NCBI GenBank assembly: GCA_944384185.1
Contig: CALWSM010000001.1
Coordinates: 1 to 61,640 of the forward strand
Direction: 5' to 3'
Source: an uncultured Blautia sp.
GTDB lineage: Bacteria; Bacillota; Clostridia; Lachnospirales; Lachnospiraceae
Length of the DNA stretch: 61,640 nt
Shown: in pieces, positions 58,696-61,640 of the stretch
How the letters are laid out: each line of letters opens with the position of its first letter
Position numbering within the stretch: the first letter of the stretch is position 1
The notes under the pieces: generated by a model
What the model saw: the letters and a program-made list of their open reading frames with translations, nothing else
Databases searched by the model: none
Told to the model about the DNA's origin: nothing
Position numbers and translations under genes: made by a program

Positions 58696-58854
58696 CAATT
58701 TTCATTTTTCACCCTTTTAACGTGGCACATATATGTCTTATTATAGCAGACTCCGAATTTCTTGTATAGCAAAAAAAGCCGATGCAGGGGGCGGTACCCT
58801 ACATTGGCGTCAGGGACCAGCTGGTCCCGCATCTCTTGCTTTTTTCACAATTCT

Positions 58855-59385
58855 TTATAATACCAGCAGCCCTGCCAGGATCACACTGGCGGCGATCCCT
58901 CCGAGTGTGGCTAAAAGCGCCCCTGCTATGGTGTATCTTGTCTTGTTTACCCTAGCCGCAATAAAATATACGGATACGGTATAAAAAATCGTTTCTGTAC
59001 AGGACATCATAATAGAGGCGATCAGTCCTACCCGGGAATCTGTGCCGTATTCCCTGAAAATATCCAGGACCAGCCCTGTGGCCGCACTGGAGGAAAACAT
59101 CCGGACAATGGTAAGAGGCACCAGCTCCCCCGGAAAGCCTGCATATTCTGTGATCCTCCCAAGGCTCTCCCCGATCAGATCCAGGAATCCGGAAGCCCTT
59201 AACACCCCCACCGACACCATCAGCCCGATCAGGGTAGGAAGGATCCCGGCTACTGTTTTCAGTCCGTCCTTTGCTCCTTTCACAAATTCTTCGTACACCT
59301 TACATTTATTTGCCAGTCCATACGCCACGATATAAAAAATGACCAGAGGAATGCTGATCTGAGAAAGAAAGAGCAAGATCTTCAT
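58855..59385 (-). CDS. spmB: Spore maturation protein B
   Basis: VYEEFVKGAKDG, LRASG.LD, G.DS..G..AS..M..TET.FYT..VYF. Confidence 0.88.
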   Translation of the reverse strand: MKILLFLSQISIPLVIFYIVAYGLANKCKVYEEFVKGAKDGLKTVAGILPTLIGLMVSVGVLRASGFLDLIGESLGRITEYAGFPGELVPLTIVRMFSSSAATGLVLDIFREYGTDSRVGLIASIMMSCTETIFYTVSVYFIAARVNKTRYTIAGALLATLGGIAASVILAGLLVL

Positions 59386-59435
59386 TTCTGTGCCTTCCGG
59401 TTTTTTTACATTTTACGCAGGAGCATGCAAAAAAA

Positions 59436-59456
59436 GAAGCTGGGATCCCCAGCTTC
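59436..59456 (-). terminator. Terminator after MATE gene
   Basis: GAAGCTGGG-atc-CCCAGCTTC plus A7 tract (U-tract on minus strand). Confidence 0.7.
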
Positions 59457-59553
59457 CATGTCCTGTATGCTTTTTATTTTTACTGCAAAAGTCCCCTGTA
59501 AAATATGTACTGCTGCATAACGCCGCTACAGTCTTTATATCTCTCAGAGGCCT

Positions 59554-60894
59554 TTATCCTCTCCCTGTGGTCTTCCATATTCCTGTTTTATATCTGGCAA
59601 AAGAAATAAGATAATTGGCCAGCCAGCCTATGGGAACCGCATACCATACAAAGGCGATCCCGAATCTGGGGGCCATAGTCACCGCCACTGCCACACGGAG
59701 CCCAAGGTTCACCAGGTTCGCCACAGTAAACATCTTCATATCCCCGGCGCCTCTCAAAAGACCATCGGTGATCATTTTCAATCCGATAAAGCTGAAAAAG
59801 AAGCCGATAAACCGCATATAAGACATACCGGTATTCAGCGCCAAAGCCGTGCCTTCCTCTCCCAGGAACATCTGGATCAGAGGCCTGTAGAAGATCTCCA
59901 GGATCCCGCAGAGCAGGATCCCGAAACCGAAGACGATCCCGTAGGCTGTGCGGTATCCCTTCACCACCCGCTCCTGCTTCCCGGCTCCCAGATTCTGAGC
60001 CGTATAAGAGGACATTACATTTCCCATGGCAGCCATAGGCACAATACAGATACTTTCGATCCGCATTCCCGCAGAATATCCGGCCAGCATCTGGGCGCCG
60101 AAGCTGTTTACCACCGACTGGACCAGCATCATGCCGATAGAAACCGTAGACTGCTGAAGAATGGACGGAAGGGCGATCCTGCACATAGATGCGAATTCTC
60201 TTTTATCAAACCGCCGTATTTCTTTCCCTGTCTGATAGCTTCTCGTTTCCCGGATAAAGATCAGAAAGGCCATGACCGCTGAGATCCCCTGGGCGATCAG
60301 CGTGGCCCAGGCCACACCGGCCACACCCATATGGAAGCTGCATACCATAATAAGATCCAGGGCCACATTAAATACCGAAGAAAAGATCAGCAGATATAAA
60401 GGTATCCGGGATTTTCCCAGGGCATTGAACATAGCCGACAGCACATTGTACATAAAAAGGAAGGGCAGTCCCAGAAAGTAAATGTTCAGATACGTTACCG
60501 CATCTTCCATGATATTATCCGGGGTGTTTAAAACCGTCATGATCTGGTCTCCCAGAAGGAGTCCGATCCCTCCCAGCGCCAGGCTGACAATAAGGAAAGA
60601 GAGCAGGGCTGTGCTCACAGAAGTTTTCATCCTCCTGTAATCTCTGGCTCCGAAGTACCGGCTGACAAGCACCGAAGCGCCTACCCCGCCTCCGATGGCG
60701 ATCGAGATAAACACATTGGTCAGGGAGTAAGAAGCCCCTACCGCCGCCAGTGCGTTCTCACTGACAAACCGTCCTACTACCACAGAATCCACCATGGTAT
60801 AAAACTGCTGAAATAAATTTCCGATGATCATGGGAAAAGCAAAAAGCAGCAGAGCTTTCAGAGGCTTTTCCCGGATCAGATATTCTTTTTCCAT
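59554..60894 (-). CDS. MATE family efflux transporter
   Basis: P.IIGNLFQQFY..VD..VVG, GVAGVAWAT.IAQ, about 12 TM. Confidence 0.93.
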   Translation of the reverse strand: MEKEYLIREKPLKALLLFAFPMIIGNLFQQFYTMVDSVVVGRFVSENALAAVGASYSLTNVFISIAIGGGVGASVLVSRYFGARDYRRMKTSVSTALLSFLIVSLALGGIGLLLGDQIMTVLNTPDNIMEDAVTYLNIYFLGLPFLFMYNVLSAMFNALGKSRIPLYLLIFSSVFNVALDLIMVCSFHMGVAGVAWATLIAQGISAVMAFLIFIRETRSYQTGKEIRRFDKREFASMCRIALPSILQQSTVSIGMMLVQSVVNSFGAQMLAGYSAGMRIESICIVPMAAMGNVMSSYTAQNLGAGKQERVVKGYRTAYGIVFGFGILLCGILEIFYRPLIQMFLGEEGTALALNTGMSYMRFIGFFFSFIGLKMITDGLLRGAGDMKMFTVANLVNLGLRVAVAVTMAPRFGIAFVWYAVPIGWLANYLISFARYKTGIWKTTGRG

Positions 60895-60983
60895 ATTCGC
60901 TCCTTTCTCATGCCGGTATCTATAAATATCCTACTTTTTCATCTATCCTGCAAACTATAAGGATACTTCCCGAATCCCTTCGA

Positions 60984-61640
60984 TTATTCTTTTTCCACAT
61001 GGTTTTCTTCTATAAACTCTTTTATAATATCTGAAAATACCTTTCCATATTTCTGATATTTGCTATTGCCTACCCCGTTGATCTCCAACATTTCCTCCCG
61101 GGTCACAGGAAGGTATGTACTCATTTCCCGGAGAGTCTTATCGGAAAAGATAATATAGGGAGGGATATGGGCTTCCTGGGCCATCTGATATCGTTTCTGC
61201 CGAAGGATCTCGAAAAGCTGAGGATATCTGGTCTCCCCGCCTGCCTTCGCCTTCTGTTTCTTAGTCCTGGCCTCTTCCTTTTCCTGCTGCCTTGGCAGTT
61301 TCAGGACCACCGGCTCCGGATTTTCTTCTTTCAGAAATTCCCTTCCCTTCTCTCCCAGCTTCAGCACCGGATAATCCCCGGAAGTAAGAACCAGATAATC
61401 CTTTACCAGCAGGTCATTGATGATCTGCCGGATACGGGCGGTGGTTGTCCCTTTCAGCTCCCCGTAGTGGGGATTCGCTTCCAGGCCGAACTGGCGTACC
61501 TTCTCTGTCCTGGCCCCGTGCACTCCGTCGCAGACGGCCACGATCCCATAGCGCTCTCCTGTAGACTGCACCATTTCCAGGATACTTCCGGTCTCCTCTG
61601 TCACCTCCAGATCTTCAAACTCTGTAAGACAGTTCTTACA
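60984..61640 (-). CDS. recQ: DNA helicase RecQ, C-terminal part; 5' end outside window
   Basis: Frame open to window end reading CKNC (Zn motif), RQC winged helix, HRDC motif IPPYIIFSDKTL.EM. Confidence 0.9.
   Translation of the reverse strand, partial: CKNCLTEFEDLEVTEETGSILEMVQSTGERYGIVAVCDGVHGARTEKVRQFGLEANPHYGELKGTTTARIRQIINDLLVKDYLVLTSGDYPVLKLGEKGREFLKEENPEPVVLKLPRQQEKEEARTKKQKAKAGGETRYPQLFEILRQKRYQMAQEAHIPPYIIFSDKTLREMSTYLPVTREEMLEINGVGNSKYQKYGKVFSDIIKEFIEENHVEKE

Overview
A 61.6-kb stretch of core chromosome from a spore-forming Clostridia bacterium; gene content and order look Lachnospiraceae-like (inference). Most genes lie on the minus strand throughout. I found no prophage, transposase, integrase, CRISPR array, rRNA or tRNA. 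Content includes a partial ptsI, a murI-spoIIR-gerA-gntR-ispE-sipL sporulation block, plsC, murF-ddl-L,D-transpeptidase, an aminotransferase, a P-type ATPase, aroC, a two-component system and rsmF. It continues with glgCD-spoVG, murC, dnaD-helicase loader-prs, asnS-yhaO-yhaN, a GH36 alpha-galactosidase, galK, DUF885, a FabT-like MarR regulator, pduL, a his operon lacking hisD, spmB, a MATE transporter and a partial recQ. The most unusual signals: (1) two non-origin DnaA-box clusters about 15 kb apart that share a roughly 47-bp module with identical box spacing; (2) a structured element flanked by 15-bp direct repeats in the gerA leader, with two mutually exclusive folds, one touching the RBS; (3) a GerAB-GerAC fusion that keeps an internal lipobox; (4) a multi-hairpin leader upstream of spoVG; (5) a Rad50-like ATPase with a hydrophobic hairpin at its apex. 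All product calls come from motif recognition by eye; no database searches were run.
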